Part shown: one piece after another, positions 48,268 to 62,400 of the stretch | Numbering within the stretch: the stretch's first letter is position 1 | How the letters are laid out: the number at the start of each line of letters is the position of its first letter | Origin: Takakia lepidozioides | Lineage: Eukaryota; Plantae; Bryophyta | DNA length: 64,000 nucleotides | Direction of reading: 5' to 3' | Assembly: GCA_030704615.1 (NCBI GenBank) | Contig: CM060734.1 | Coordinates: 39,990,001 to 40,054,000, forward strand | Notes under the pieces: generated by a model | Database searches by the model: none | What the model saw: the letters and a program-made list of their open reading frames with translations, nothing else | What the model was told of the DNA's origin: nothing | Program-made: the position numbers and the translations under genes

Positions 48268-51200
48268 GGTGGGTGGTAACTCAATGGAATCCCACAAGGA
48301 TCATGGCAAGCTGTAGTGCTGGGAATGACATTGAATACTCCAGTCACTTGCTTGACATTGCTTTAGGCAATTCTAGATCCTGAATGCCTGTCGATCCCCC
48401 ACCTGTGGCAGTTCTGTCTGGATTTCATTGTGAGTACATTCACGTCTAGGGCTTGCACTGGTAGTACTCCTTGCTAATTACCTCTAGTCCTTCAATTCTT
48501 GCCTGGACAGTTCTTCTGGGCAAATGAAATTCAAGCAGGCATAGTCTATCTGTATACTTGTAGCTTCATCTCTTTGGAAGAATGTTGAGTTCTCCAAAAC
48601 TATCCAAACTTCGCTTTTTTTGTGCCATTCTGAGTGGGCAGGGGTTCTGTGGCTACCAGGCTATATAGGAAGGATGGGCATATGGTAGTTTTCTTGAACT
48701 TTATTTTTGGTTGAGGAACAGAAAGTTCTCTTGCCTATTTGTAAAACTGATCAGGTGATGGAGAGGGCTGCTTCTTCCTTTGGGTTGGCTTACATCTCAG
48801 CAAATCTCCCCACACACGCACTGTATGGGGCTGCTGATGAGGGTACCATTGAATCATGTATACGAAAGCGAATTATGGACTATTTGAAGATAAGCGAATC
48901 CGATTACAGTATGGTTTTCACTGCCAGCCGAGGTTCTGCCTTCAAGCTCTTGGCTGAGTCATACCCCTTCCATATCAATGGCCGATTGCTCACAGCTTAT
49001 GACTACGAGAGTGAAGCAGTCAGTTGGATGGTTGGGTGCGCAAAAGAGAAGGGAGTACGTGTTTCAAGCGCGGCTTTTAAGTGGCCCTCATTGCAAATCG
49101 CTACAACTAACTTGAAGCAAAAGTTACAAGAAAGGAGGAAGAAGAAGGAGCAACAGGCCCAGGGGCTCTTTGTCTTTCCTGTTCAGTCCAGATTAACAGG
49201 AGCCAAATACTCATTTCAATGGATGTCACAAGCACAGGCAAATAAGTGGCATGTGCTGTTAGATGCGTCAGCACTAGGGCCCAAAGACATGGATTCTCTC
49301 GGCCTCTCTCTCTTCCGCCCTGATTTTATTGTCAGCTCTTTCTACAAGGTATGACACATCCCGAATCCAATTTACGACAGCAAGAATGAAAAACAACAAT
49401 TGAGATGAGATTTTGTAGTTCCATGCACAATTAAGTTGAACTTTTGCCAATCTGTACACAGGAACTAGTTTGCAATCCATTGACAATTAATTTGAGCTTT
49501 TGCGAATCTGTGCACGAGAGCCAGTTTGCAAGCTGATAACCTACTGTCTACAGATTGTGCTGGTTGTTAGCTACATTCACAGGACACAGCACACAATGGA
49601 AAACTGGCATTTCCTGACAGACGACGCGCCTCAACAAGAGACACAAAATGTACTCATGCATACTGCAGATAGTCTTTGGGTTGGTGACATCAAGCTCTTG
49701 ATGAATGAGCTTTTTTGGCACGTACAGTCCTGGGTGGGTGGTAGCTTGGCAGGCATGGTCAATCAATTTTCTATTGGGTTCTGCCACTGAAGCCTTTGTA
49801 AGGGTGATAGATTTGCAAACTTCAGTGGAGGCCTGAGGAATTGGTGAGATTGTGTTTGTAGGTGTTTGGCACCGACCCGACAGGCTTTGGCTGTCTCTTC
49901 ATCAAAAACTCAGCCATACAGTGTCTGCGTAACTCTTCCCGTGCGAGGGGGGTTGGGATGGTTCGCATTATTCCATCTGGAGTGGGGGACCCCTTCTCAC
50001 CTGCTGGAAGTGATTTAGGGGAGGAGAGTCAAAAGACATTGGAGATTCATGAAGTAGGTGAGGAGATGGAAGAATACCTGCAGGGTACTGCTTGGCCATC
50101 TGCAGGAAAACCTGTTGACCCTGTCAGCTCATTCTCAGGCCCAGTGACTCCATTCTACTGGAATGAGGAGGTATTGGAGGGAAGTCAATCCACGAGGACA
50201 GATGCAGGAGAGGCAGCTGTGAGTACTCCTGGAGAGGATGGGTCAAGGAGAACCAGTGGTCAGTCTGAAATTGAAGAAGAGTGGGAGGTAATAGACAAGT
50301 TGGAAGTTGGCTCAAGAATGGGGCCGAGTCCGATGGAAGCTGAGACCTGGAACCATAATCCTATTTACTGTGACAACAGTGGTGAAACAGGTTTGAAAGG
50401 CTGACTCTAAGTTGCTGATTGATCTTTCAAGAAAATTGTTAACTTGCATTGTTTAGCTTAAAATCCCATTGCGTTGGTTTCTTAGAGGGTGCTGTGAGGA
50501 AGGGGGGGTGTGGGACATATGATGAGGGAGGGAAGGAAAGCTACTCAATATGACTACAGATGGATCGACAAACTGTGAATCAATAGCAATGTGTATTTCC
50601 TTATTCTCTTGATTGGCTGAAAATAAGTCAATCCATGCAAGGGAGACGGTGGACAGTATGTGAGAGAAAAAAATCCCTAATGTAGCTACAAATTGATTTT
50701 GCCAAACTGTGTGTAGGTTGAGCACACTTTAGCAATATGTGCCTCTTGTACTCATAAAGGAGTAGTACACAGTCAATCGTGATTATTGGCAGATGCATGC
50801 TGGGGGCAGAGAAGCTCTCCAATGTGGCCACAAATCAATTGCCAAACTTTTGTGTGTTTCGTATACAAAGTATCAATCTGCTGTACTCTGGTACTTGCGA
50901 CAGAGTGAGAACATAGTCCTCTATGACCAGACCTAGTGCATGACCGCAACAAATGTACCTGAATAAAAGAACTTCTGAAGAGCTGTATGCTTTGTGATAG
51001 AATGTACTCATAAGACGTTCTTTGTGGCATGGTATGAATGAATGTATAGTTGGTCCAAATGTCCACATGGATGATCTCATTTGCACTTAGATTTGTCTGC
51101 AAATGTTTGGATATATGGTCCTTCCTGTACATTTAGACATTCTGCATCTGAGATAAAGGTAAACTTGTTTGCGTGGATTTTAGCAGGGAGAGAGATTGAA

Positions 51201-54200
51201 TTGAGTTATACTTTGCAGGACCCTCAGCAATGCCCTCATCCGCTAAAATCAAAGAAGAAGAAGAAGAACATGAGATTCCTCTTAGTAGACGTCAGCAATC
51301 GGTGGAATTAGGGAAACTAGAAACATCTGAACCCCTGGCACTAGATCCAAAATGCACGGGGGTGCCTGAAATCGACTCTATCACTGAGGGAAGGGAGGAA
51401 AAAGTGCCTGAGATTCCTTATGGGAGTTGGGGTCGAGAGGAGGCATCATCTTCCCAGCCACGCAGCCGAATGGGGGACTTTGAGTATCATCTGAAAGAGG
51501 CAGGAATTCCGGACCAAGATGCAGCTGAGGTTTATGTAGCTACATCCTCTTATTGGCCACAGGGAAAGGGTTTGGATTTTGAAGAAGGGCTACAAGTTGT
51601 CAAAGGTAGGAGATGACATCCCAATACCCCTTCTCTCTTCTCTTTTGTCTTTCTGCAAGGGTAAGGTTCCGTCTCGGCCTTTGGGCTTCCTGTGGATGTT
51701 ATAAAGAAATTGTCCTTGTTTTTCTCTCCCCTACAGGCCCTCGGAAAGTCCAAACGTCCTGCTGGACGTTACAATCTTTTTGTAGTTCCCTTTCTCTTTC
51801 ACATAGCCTCAAGTCATTCGTAGTTGTGAAACTAATCCTTTGCCTCAGCGCCTTGAAAGGGATAAGCTGTTGGGATAGTGACTAACCGTATAGGGTATTG
51901 TAGATGGAAATGTGGCAGCAGGAAGATCCAGTCCTCTCTTCCATAGCCCCCCTGTGTCACATCAAGGTTTCAGAAATGGAGAACAGATGGAAGGGAACTA
52001 TCAAGAAACTGTTCCATACAGGGAAGGGACGGGAGAAAGAATGGGACCAGAAGGGGAGCTTTATACGGCTCATGAGGAAGAGGGAGAACACAGTTTGGAG
52101 GAAAGAGGAGCTGAAAGATTCTTTGTTCAGAGAGGAAGGCTCTCCCTTGTGCAAGAAGACCTGGAGGAAGATTTGGGTGGGAGTGACAGGGAGGTTTATG
52201 GCACCAATGGAAGGCGCTCGCAGAACTGGAGCCCAAGAGATCAGGTGTGGTAGCAGTTTGATCTTCTCATGAGATTCTGGCCATTACCTAAAGAAGTTTG
52301 TAACTTTCAGAATGGGGAACAAGGAGGGTGTTTGGCAAACAGCTGGATAGACATTGTGAAAGAAAGATTTGACATTTTATGTTGGAATTGGTGTGTTCTA
52401 AAGGTGTCAAAAACGAACTTCGAGCTGTTGGGAAAGTTGGTAATTCCAGCAGACTGTCGACATTATTGTAGTGGTAAAACTAACTATTAACTGTCAATCA
52501 TAGTTTGACACTTGACTCAATTGAACTACAAGAGCAATTTCAGTTCTGATGAGTTGGTCTACCAAACAGGTTTGGAGAGCTCATAGCATTTAACCATGCA
52601 ATCAAAGAGCTCTCTAGGATGAGCACTTTTTTTATCTTCCCTGTCGTATAGGTCACCTTGGATGGTTTCTTCTGTGGTTATTATTAGGTAGAAACCACTC
52701 CAATGATGTTGGAATAATAATAGAGACAAAGAGGGCACATTGGGTGCCAACACTTCCCTGCAGCAACTAGCACATGAGGTACAGGTGAACCCCAGGCACC
52801 AGCTACAAATGTGCCCACAAGCAAATAAGCTCTCAAGAGGGGTCTCCGCAGAACAGCTAATTGTAGCTCCATACTAGTTGCCTAGCTTTAGTGAAAGTTA
52901 GCTGCGGTTGTGTGATATCCTTGATAATCTGCCTGTCTCTAATGTGCTTATGATATTGCAATTCGCAGGGGAGCAGTCGGTGGGCAGACCATCTTTCAAT
53001 GTCCCTGCACAGCATCAACGGATCGCTGCCTAGATACTATGAGGATGAGGAGGGGATTGTGGGGCGGAGTGAGGGTGATATGGTTGATGAGGAGGAGAGA
53101 TGGGGGACCGGCAGCCATAGAAGTGACCCCTTTATGGTTTGCAATGGACTTGACCATGCCGACTCCCAGGGTCTTACCAAAATCAATCTTAGGCTGAGGT
53201 AAGAAGCGCCCTAATGTCTAATGAGTTCTCTTTGGAAATGTTGATGTGATGGTTTAGTACTAAATTCTATTGTATCTTGATGCTCCCTCATGTCTTGCTG
53301 TCTCCAGTCGTAAATAGCCCTCAATCACCCTATACTGAAATCAGGGCACCAGTAAGCCCTTTAACAAGCCAGGAAATGAATCTCTCTCCCCCTTTCTCTG
53401 AATTGAAGTTTTATGGTTGTGGTGGAGGTTGGTTGTTTGGGGCCTTACTCATTTTGTCTTTCTCTGCAGTAGCTCGCTGAGCTTCATATGGAAGTTACGA
53501 AATTTCTTTTTTATTTCTTTCTTTCTCTCTCTATGAGCTGTCCGCGGACGTTATAAATTACCATTTCATGTCATTTCTCTCTCTCTGATTTTACTGTGTT
53601 GTTCTATTTGTGTCCCTTGGCCCAATCAGGCTCATGGTGAACAAGATCTATTTCTATTTTTTGTCTTCACTTGAAAGATTTAATTCCAAGAGAATTTGGT
53701 GGTCAAACATACCGGATTTGATGAATGTCAGAGGCAATAGTGCTTAAAGGAGGGGAAATGGTGCCATCCAGAGCCAGTTTGATGGTGCCTCTTTTGCCTA
53801 TCTATGAGGGCTAATGCATATGGAGGACGGCTCTTCTTTTTTCGATCATTTACAGCTTGACGGAGCTTTGTGTATAACCTTGTTTAGGAACTTGAAACTC
53901 AAAGACATTTTATCCCACATAACAAATGATATATCTGGTCAATCTAGGTATTCTGTTATAAATTCCACTCTTGATGGTTTTGTGTTTGAGGAAGAAGGCA
54001 GGAGTTTCTGTGCACATTTAAGTCATGTGTGATCTCAAGGTGCAGAAGCAACAGGAAAGGTTTTCCTTTTTACTTGATCTTACTTTATTCACATCTATTT
54101 GTCTTCTCTTCTCATCAGATATCTCATAGTACATGTTCACACTTGTGTACTCTGGATTTCTTTGGCAGATATCTTATCAACTGGCTGATCAATGGGCTTC

Positions 54201-55579
54201 TGAAGCTGCGACATCCTGCACACATGGACTCACACGGGGTGCATCTTGTCCATATTTATGGTCCTCGAGTAAAGTTTGACCGAGGCGCATCTGTAGCCTT
54301 CAATCTTTTTGACTGGAAAGGGGCACTTGTGCAACCAGGCATAGTGCAACGCTTAGCTGACCGAAACAACATCTCTCTGGGCTTGGGCACGCTCTGCAAT
54401 ATTGTCTTCCCCGAGGGCTCTACCGACTTACCGGTGAGTAATGTTATGTCTCTGAGCATGCCCTAAATGTTTCAGTTGTGGGAATGCATCATCATGAGAT
54501 CCATACAAAAACGTATGTTGAGAGGACGTGGGCAGGAGCTGGCGTAATACACATGCAGACATACATATATAAATGCATGTGGAGAGAGGGAGAGAGAGAG
54601 ACATTATAAGGTCGATACAGGGCCCTAAGGGCCTATGCATAGAGAGAGAGAAGAAATCTAGAAAGTCCACGCAATAGAGAGGTCGGCCGGTGGTACATGA
54701 GGGATGAGGGAGAAGCGTTTTTCAATTCTTGTTGTTCTGAAGATCAGGTGGCCCTTGTTTTTGAGAGATGCACCCATTTGTTGCTTAATATAGCCCTGTA
54801 TATTGACCCCACTGGCTGGTTTGGTTGAAACACGGGGAGGGGCTTGGGATGGTCTGTTTCTCTCAATGTGAAAGACATATCGTCCTCATGAGATTGTTAG
54901 TTAATAGTGGAGAGAGAAAACGAAAAAGAGAAATGTATTACGTCAGAGTTCAAGGGTCTAAGGGAGAGATTATGACATGTACATCAGACTATGCTGGCTA
55001 CTAGTACATTTGGGTGTCGATGCAATTAAACCTGGGGGTTCTTCCTTACCCTTTGAGTTATATTATCAACTACTATGTCTCAAGATCCAATACTGTGTGG
55101 CCATATATCCTGTGCTTGCTTTCAAAGGAGCACAGAAGGGGAGGGGACAGAGGAGAACTGAAGGCCTCCAACATCCTGCAAGGCTAGTTCCAGTGGTGGG
55201 TCTTTGAAAATGAAGTTGATTCTAGCTAGGAAGAAAGAGTCAAGAGTAAGATGTTGGATTAAAATAATAGATCTTGCTTGTTTTCAACACTCATACTTCG
55301 ATGTATTCCATTCAGGGCTTAGGCCCCTCCAACAAAAAAGGCAACGGGAGCTCCATGCCAGGTAGTGATGGGAAATTTGAAGCGTCCCGAGCCTCAAGCA
55401 CCAACAAGGGCTACAGACCGTCAAGCATCCCCGTTGTGACAGCTGCCCTCGGGTTTCTGACCAACTTTGAGGATGTTTACAGACTATGGGCATTTGTGGC
55501 CAAGTTTCTTGATGCAGATTTTACGTCAAGGGAGGCTCGGCGTTATCACTCACTCAATCAGGAGATGGTTGTACTTTAG
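47777..55579 (+). CDS. PLP-dependent transferase, molybdenum-cofactor-sulfurase-like plant family; exons 47777-48187, 48755-49348, 49862-50390, 51219-51605, 51904-52244, 52969-53198, 54169-54433, 55316-55579 (1006 aa)
   Basis: All introns are GT-AG and phases are consistent (3021 nt). Motifs VDRLREREY.HL, CMDYCGFGLFS, FTASRGSAFKLLAESYPF, LFVFPVQSR.TGAKYS, LLDASALGPKDMDSLGLSLFRPDF, SFYKVFG.DPTGFGCL (PLP Lys), C.GLDHAD, IYGP.VKFDRG, VVTAALGFLTNFEDVYRLWAFVAKFLDADF. Confidence 0.9.
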
Positions 55580-56099
55580 AGATGAGATGAAAATAAGCTA
55601 AATTTTATCCAGCATCGCCCCCGACCCTGTTGCCTGGCCAACACTATTGACCATGAAATTTATTATAACCTATGTCACTTGGGGACCTTGATCGAACATG
55701 GCCATTTGCAAAAAAGTGTGGACTAAAACTAATGTTTGTTGTAGAGCATGTGTGGTACCTAGAAGGTTGACTCCTACCAAAGTACACATAACTGTGTCTC
55801 TCCACTCCCGCAGGAAGGGCTGTTATCTTCCTCTCAGAAGGTGGACGCAATCTAATGGCCATAACCAAGACCACCTTTGCCCAAACCTCTCGAAGGTCCC
55901 TGGGTACTAAATGTATCAAACATCTATGTGGCTTTCAACTCACAATCGCTCATAAGGCGACTTTGTGCCTTAACCGTTGGGCCATCTATTGGATGTTAAC
56001 CAAGACAAAAGATTGTGCTTGGATCATGGGGACAATCTGAATCAACAGATTGGATTGATTTAAAATAAAAAATTAGCAACAGGTGTTTGATATCCTATA

Positions 56100-57479
56100 G
56101 ATGAAAGTGGATGAAAAAGTGTCTGAATGAAAAGTGAGCGCTGGAATTAATGCCACACGCTCCACTTTACTCCGCCCCCAAAAACCCAAAACTCAGCAAA
56201 CTACGATTTTTCAAAGATCAGGGGTATCCCCAGATAGATGGATCTGAGGCCGCCACTGCAGTTGACCTGCCAACGTGGCCTGCGGACAACCCTCAGATGG
56301 AAGTGACTGGAAAAGTCACAAAAAAGCCCATCTACAGAGCAGTTTTTGGTTCTTTGGAAAAAAAATTGGGGATTCTTCTTGGCCCTCTGGGCCTGCAGGA
56401 TAGCACAAGAGGAAACTTGATTTTGTAAAAAACTCCAGGAGCTATACGGATCTTTTTTTTCCAATGTAGTTTTTCTTCCATTGAACCCTCCCGATTGCAC
56501 ATACAAAGGTGCCATATTTTTTTTGGGGAATTTGGCCCTCAAATTTCTTGAGGACATGTGTAACCCTGCTGTCGTGTGCATACATATCACTACACAACTA
56601 CATCTATGTCCCAAACCACACAACACATGTGCACACCACACACTAGTATACCACTAGTCCACCACTAGTCCAGCCACTAGTCCAACCACTAGGCTATAAC
56701 TAGTCAGTCACTAGGCTGCCACTATGCTGCCCACTATGGCAGTCACTAGTCCACACAATGATAAAGAAGAAGAATACAAGCACAAGCTCATGCGAGCTCA
56801 CAAAGCTGAAGCATAAACTCATGCATATATAAACTCATCACTCAAATACAAGTCAAGCCAAGTGCACCCCACGCCATAGGGAATCCACACTACGGTGCCA
56901 TAGCTAGGCGCGGTGAGGCTCAACTCGAGAAAGATGAGCCTCCCGCGCTTGTCGTGAAGATAATCACTCTAGGGCCTAAATCTGCCTTTATCCCTGGATT
57001 GACACTTGGGCCAATCCCAAATATCAATATGTAAAAGCTAGCTATTTCCTAGCTAGTTTCACACTAGTGGTCAAATAACTTGACATCCATCGTGTGCATA
57101 CATATCGCTACACAACTACATCGTTGTCCAAAACCACACAACACATATGCACACCACACACTAGTATACCACTAGTCCACCACTAGTCCAACCACTAGGC
57201 TACAACTAGTCAGTCACTATGCTATCATTATGCTGCCCACTATGGTAGTCACTAGTCCACACAATCGCCCCCCTAGCTGGTGCTGATAAAAAAAAAGAAT
57301 ACAAGCACAAGCTCATGCGAGCTCACAAAGCTGAAGCATAAACTCATCACTCAAATACAAGTCAAGCCAAGTAAGGTTCATTTCCGTGGATGAAGTCCTA
57401 CTAGCAGATATGGCCTGGGAGGTGTGAGTGGGTCCCATTTTTGAGGTGGACCCCCAAAAACACTCCCGACGCTTAGGGG
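56100..57479 (-). mobile_element. Inverted second copy of the TTAA-flanked MITE, interrupted by an LTR remnant
   Basis: 57372-57479 is the reverse complement of 57643-57751, and 56100-56569 is the reverse complement of about 57950-58417. The end reads TTAGGGG|TTAA. Confidence 0.75.
56570..57372 (-). mobile_element. Coding-less remnant related to the MTase-PHD element ends: partial B, PPT, A, B, A
   Basis: Shares CCAGCTAGGGGGGCGATTGTG with 40111-40131, the A-block end ...TATG(C)(A/G)CACGACA, and B-block motifs (aggctcaactcgaga.agatgagc, cgtgaagataa, aacttgaca). A blocks carry CACTAG microrepeats. Confidence 0.8.
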
Positions 57480-57642
57480 TTAAGCCCAAGCACAATGATA
57501 TTTCCAAAGAGCAAGGGCCCAAAGAATCAAATGATGTCTATTTGGACTTCAGCAATGTGGACTGTTGCAACATGGCTTATATGTGAACTAAGGATGAAAG
57601 ACTTCTCACTCACAAAAAGTCAAGAAGTCGGCTCTTTTTTAA

Positions 57643-58481
57643 CCCCTAAGCGCAGGGAGTGTTTTTGGGGGTCCACCTCATAAATGGGACCCACTGACAC
57701 CTCCGAGGCCATATCTGCAAGCAGAAGTTCATCCAGGGAAATGAACCTTATTAAGTGGCAGTTAACTACTAGATGCAGGTACTGTGCAAATTTGGTAAGA
57801 ATTGACCGTTCCGTTTGGGAGATTAAATAATTTATTAGGGTTTTGTTTTCAATTCCAAGGAAATTTTTAGGGGAAAATTCTGTTTGACAAAGCAATTTTG
57901 CCTTGACAGAGACTTTTTCTGGGGCCGGACCAACTCACTCACAATCTTTGCAGGGTTACACATGTCCTCAAGAAATTTGAGGGCCAAATTCCTCAAAAAC
58001 AATATGGCACCTTTCTATGTGCAATCAGGGGGGTTCAATGGAAGAAAAATTACACTAGAAAAGGAAGATCCACATAGCTCTTGGAGTCTTTTACAAAATC
58101 AAATTTCCTTTGGTCAATCTTGCAGGGCCACAAGGCAAGAAGAATGCCCAAATGTTTTTCCAAAAAACCAAAAATTGCTCTGTAGATGGGTTTTTTTGTG
58201 ACTTTTCCAGTCACTTCCATCTGAGGGCGACACGCAGGCCACGTCGGCAGGTCAATTGCAGTGGTGGCCTCAGATCCATCTATCTAGGGTACCCCTGATC
58301 TTTGAAAAATCGTAGCTTGCTGAGTTTTGGGTTTTTGGGGGCGTAGTAAAGTGGAGCGAGTGGCATTAATTCCAGTGCTCACTTTTCATTCAGACATTTT
58401 TTCATCCGCTTTCATCCACGGAAGTTATTCCGTGGATGAAAACGGCTGCGACCTGATTTAGGTCGCGCTGGCCTTTAGGGG
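57643..58481 (+). mobile_element. Non-autonomous element with piggyBac-like ends
   Basis: TTAA|CCCCTAA...TTAGGGG|TTAA, with subterminal palindromes at 58411-58440 and 58448-58466. Confidence 0.6.
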
Positions 58482-59479
58482 TTAAGATCTACACAACCAT
58501 ATTGAAGGGAAGTCCAATATATCCCATAATGCATTGCGCAACCTTTTTCTCTCGATAGTCACGAGCTCACTACAAAGATGACAATGATATGCTTCTGAGG
58601 CTATCACATCAATCCCGAGAACCAATCCCGAGAACCGCTGCTCCATAAACTTTGGCATAGAACTCAAACTAATTGCCTTACCAACTGTTGAATTGATGAC
58701 GAGGATTGAATTCCCAAATTTTTTGCTTTCTAGACAGCTAGTTTAGGATTAGAGGTTATCCTAGATGGCCGCTGATGTGTGACCCTCATGGGATGTAATC
58801 TGGACAGCCGTCAGGCGGTGACACCTATCATTCTTGCTTAGCCATTTGGCACTTCTTTTTAAACAGAGCCTTCCGGCCCTCAGGGTGGTTGATTTTGGTT
58901 TCAACAATGTACTTCCAATCTAGTGGAGTGTGTGGATGAACTGTGTGCTGAGTGTTGGATGCCCGATTTGATTGCGTGCTTTTGTGAAGATTCTGTCCTC
59001 TGAGCCGGCAAGCTTTGCCAAGCAAACATCCTTGATTCGCACTAAACTGGTAGAGGAAGGGGAATAGCTTCACATGACCCCACGAGGAATATTTGGGTGC
59101 CGGAAATTATTAATTAATTACTAGCTAAAGGGGTGATCAGTTGATAGTAAAGTAACTAGATTTTAACTTGGCTGATTAGTAAGTAGTAAATAGTGGGATT
59201 ATGGTTGAGTAGTAAGTGTCGGCCACCAGGGTACATCGGGGTACGGACGGAATATGAAAAGGTGGCAGTAACGGCAATCATCATTATTTTCAAACCCTAA
59301 CCACGCTTGGGTTTGGCGGCCGAGCTGCTGCTAACTAGAGATGGATGGATCGTTGTAAGTCTCTGAACGACGAATGTATGGATGATAAATGGATGGAAAT
59401 CAGTTATATTTAGATTTTAAGGGCTTCATTGTAAACCATTCATTCATTCATTGAACTAGGCATCCAATATTTAGGGCTA

Positions 59480-62400
59480 TGTTTTCTTTTTCTTTCCTTT
59501 TTCTTTTTTTAACTGTTTTTTTTTAAATTTTTTTTTAAGGGGATGAAGCCCCGATAATTTATTTCTGGGGAAAAAATAAACCCCTGTGGGGCCATAAGGC
59601 ATACACACCTTTCGGTGAGGGTGAACCCGAGATATTTTTTACAACTAGAAAACCATCCGAGTGGATGAAAGTATTAGTTTAGACTCAAGAGGTACCCCTA
59701 GAGCCTGGCTATGGCTTGGCTATGGCCCACGAGATGCGAGCTTTCAAGAGAGAGAGAGAGTAGAATTGCGACGGGAGATTGTCAACAATGGAAAATGGGT
59801 TCTACAACAGCGATGAAGAGAAAACCCCATTACATGCAGCATACATAAGGAGAGCAGTCTGGACTGTTTGCTATAGGGGAAGAAGAAGCGTAGAATAAGC
59901 ATTGATATGGCAAGCAATGGAGGAGAAAAGTGGGGAAGTGCAGACATGGATCTACGTAGGAAAGGAAGCCTGGACCGGCTGCAAATTGGGATTTCAGATA
60001 ACCTTTGAACTCTGAAAAGTAGCTATATGAGAGAGAAATGGTAGACAAGGGCGGAACTAAGTGAAAGGGAAATTCACCGATCGCAAAGAGGAAGCCTGCA
60101 TGGAGATCTACTAGTCGAAGCAGAGTCTGGTGGAGCGCTTCCCACCAATATGCTTCCAGTTGACCTCCTTTTCAAATTCGGGTGATTCAAGGCAGCGAAC
60201 TGCTTTTGGCGGGCTTTTGGACCATTGACAGCTTGACGTCAAAGAGCAGCTGCTTCGGAACTTGTTTCTAGCCCAAGATCTTTGGAATTTCCTGAGGAGC
60301 CCAGGTTCAGCCTCTGGATCCCTGCTGATGTCTGCATGCATTTTAACCCAAGCCTTTCTTGCCTCAATTTGGACCTCATGAAATATTGTAGACAGTAAAC
60401 CTCAATCTGGACCTCATGAAATATTGTAGACAGTAAAACAGAGAGACAACCTCTCTCGTGATTTAGAGTCCAACTGTATCTTACCTTCCATATATTCCAC
60501 AACGCGATAGATCTAAAGGATTCATACACTGGGCAGCGACAGTGAAGTTGCTGAGATACTGGGTCATAATTTAAAAGCTTTTGAACTGAAGAGGGTGACC
60601 CTGGTTTCCATATCTGCATAATAGGAAGGAGTCGAGGCCAAGTTTTAGAGGGTATGGTACAGAGGAGGAGGCAATGCTCAATTGATTCCGAGATACCAAG
60701 ATTGCAGCATTTACAGAGTAGTGCCTCTGAGAATGACAACCAAGCCCCGACCTTGAGAACCCTGTTAGCGAGTTGCCAAAGGAACGCAACCACCTTCGCT
60801 GGTCTGACCTTGATCCAAATATGAGACCAGATGAGGTTCCAATTAGCTTGTTGAAGACCATGCCCAGCCCATTTAGGGTTCCATTTATCCGAAAACAGGT
60901 TTGGTTTCAGTGTGGAGCGGTATGCAGCTTTGGCTGAATAGTTAAAGAACGAAGGTCGGGAGGGTTCAAAATCCCAAGACCATTCTTTGGGGTCTACCAC
61001 CAGACCCATGAGAGGGCCTCCCTCTACCCATAGAAACAATTGAGAAGAGAGCCATGAAGCTATTGGCTGGCCAAGAGGAGCCATTGGATTCATATCCTTG
61101 TCTTTTGATGACAGTGACAGATTCTAATTGGGGTGAATTGTCCACCAGAGATAATGGCTGGGGCCCTAGATGAAAGGTGCAGATAGTTGGAGAGGTCTAA
61201 TTTGTTCATCACCAGCCCCATGAAATGATCTGGTTTGGAATCAGTGATGTAGATCACTTGGTTGGGGTTGTTGGAACAAGTAATCCAACTGTTAGACAGA
61301 CCACGATCCGGGCTTGCAGTCAGGTTATGGATCCATGGGAGCGGGATACTTTGAAGGAGCTGCTGGTAGCCCGAGTTCCCTCTTTGAGGACCCATAACGG
61401 TGTTGACCTGGTCCTGAGAAAAGAAAGCATGCCCATCCCAGATGTCTTTTACCTGAGAAAAGTTAAGTCTGTCCCAGGCAGAGTACTTGGCCGCTGAGGC
61501 CTTTTCTGCGGGGGAAGGGGCATTGGAGTTAAGGGATAAGAATTCGCGCATTGTTTCCTCATAAGTCTGCGGTTCCCTTTTAACCAAGCGAGGCCTGATT
61601 GATCCCCAAATATCCCAAATGGCCTTCCACAGAGGAGACCCTCGGGCCTTGTGTTTAAAACCCTGTGTGATCCACCTAAGAGATGGGCCCCATATCTTGG
61701 ATTTCAGAGGAGAGTTGTTGACCACATGTTGATAAACAAGGTGTTTCCACTAGCCTCCCTCAGGACCCAGCAGCCTGACCACCCATTTTCCCAGAAGAGC
61801 CCTGATCTGGTTACCAAGATCTAATATGCCAAGGCCACCGTTTTTTTTTTTGCAAACAGATTTGAGCCCAAGAAACAGCGGGCCTGGGGCTTTTTCTCAC
61901 TTGAGTCTGCATCCCAAATAAAGTTACGGATGGTTGTTTTTATGACATTGATTTGTGGGGCGGAGGGGCTCCAAACTGAAGCAAAGTACCAAATGCTAGC
62001 TAGCAAGATTTGATTCGCAACCATAGCCCTTCCAGTTAATGATAAGTGACGTGAACCCCAGTACACCAGTTTGTTTTGGAGCTTGGCTATGACATGACCC
62101 ATCCTTTGATCATCCGTGAGATTAACCCCAAAGGGATGACCCAGTAGTGTCGTTATCTCCCCATTCTGCAGCCATTTGAGGCCCATTTCATGACCCCAAT
62201 CGGGCGACAGCCCCAATGGAGAGAGGTTTGTGGCACCCACGAGAATGGCCACCGTTTTTGACCAGTTAACTCTGAAACCAGATGCTTCACAAAAGGTTGA
62301 GAGGGATTTATTGGCTTCCTCCAGGTTGGATGGGGTGGCTTGCAGGTAGAGAACAGTGTTGTCAACAAACATAGAATCCTTTATCTGCAGGTCCTGGTTG

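Noticed and set aside
60363-60437. 38-bp tandem duplication as a regulatory repeat
   Set aside because: Simple local duplication within the decayed LINE ORF2 tail.
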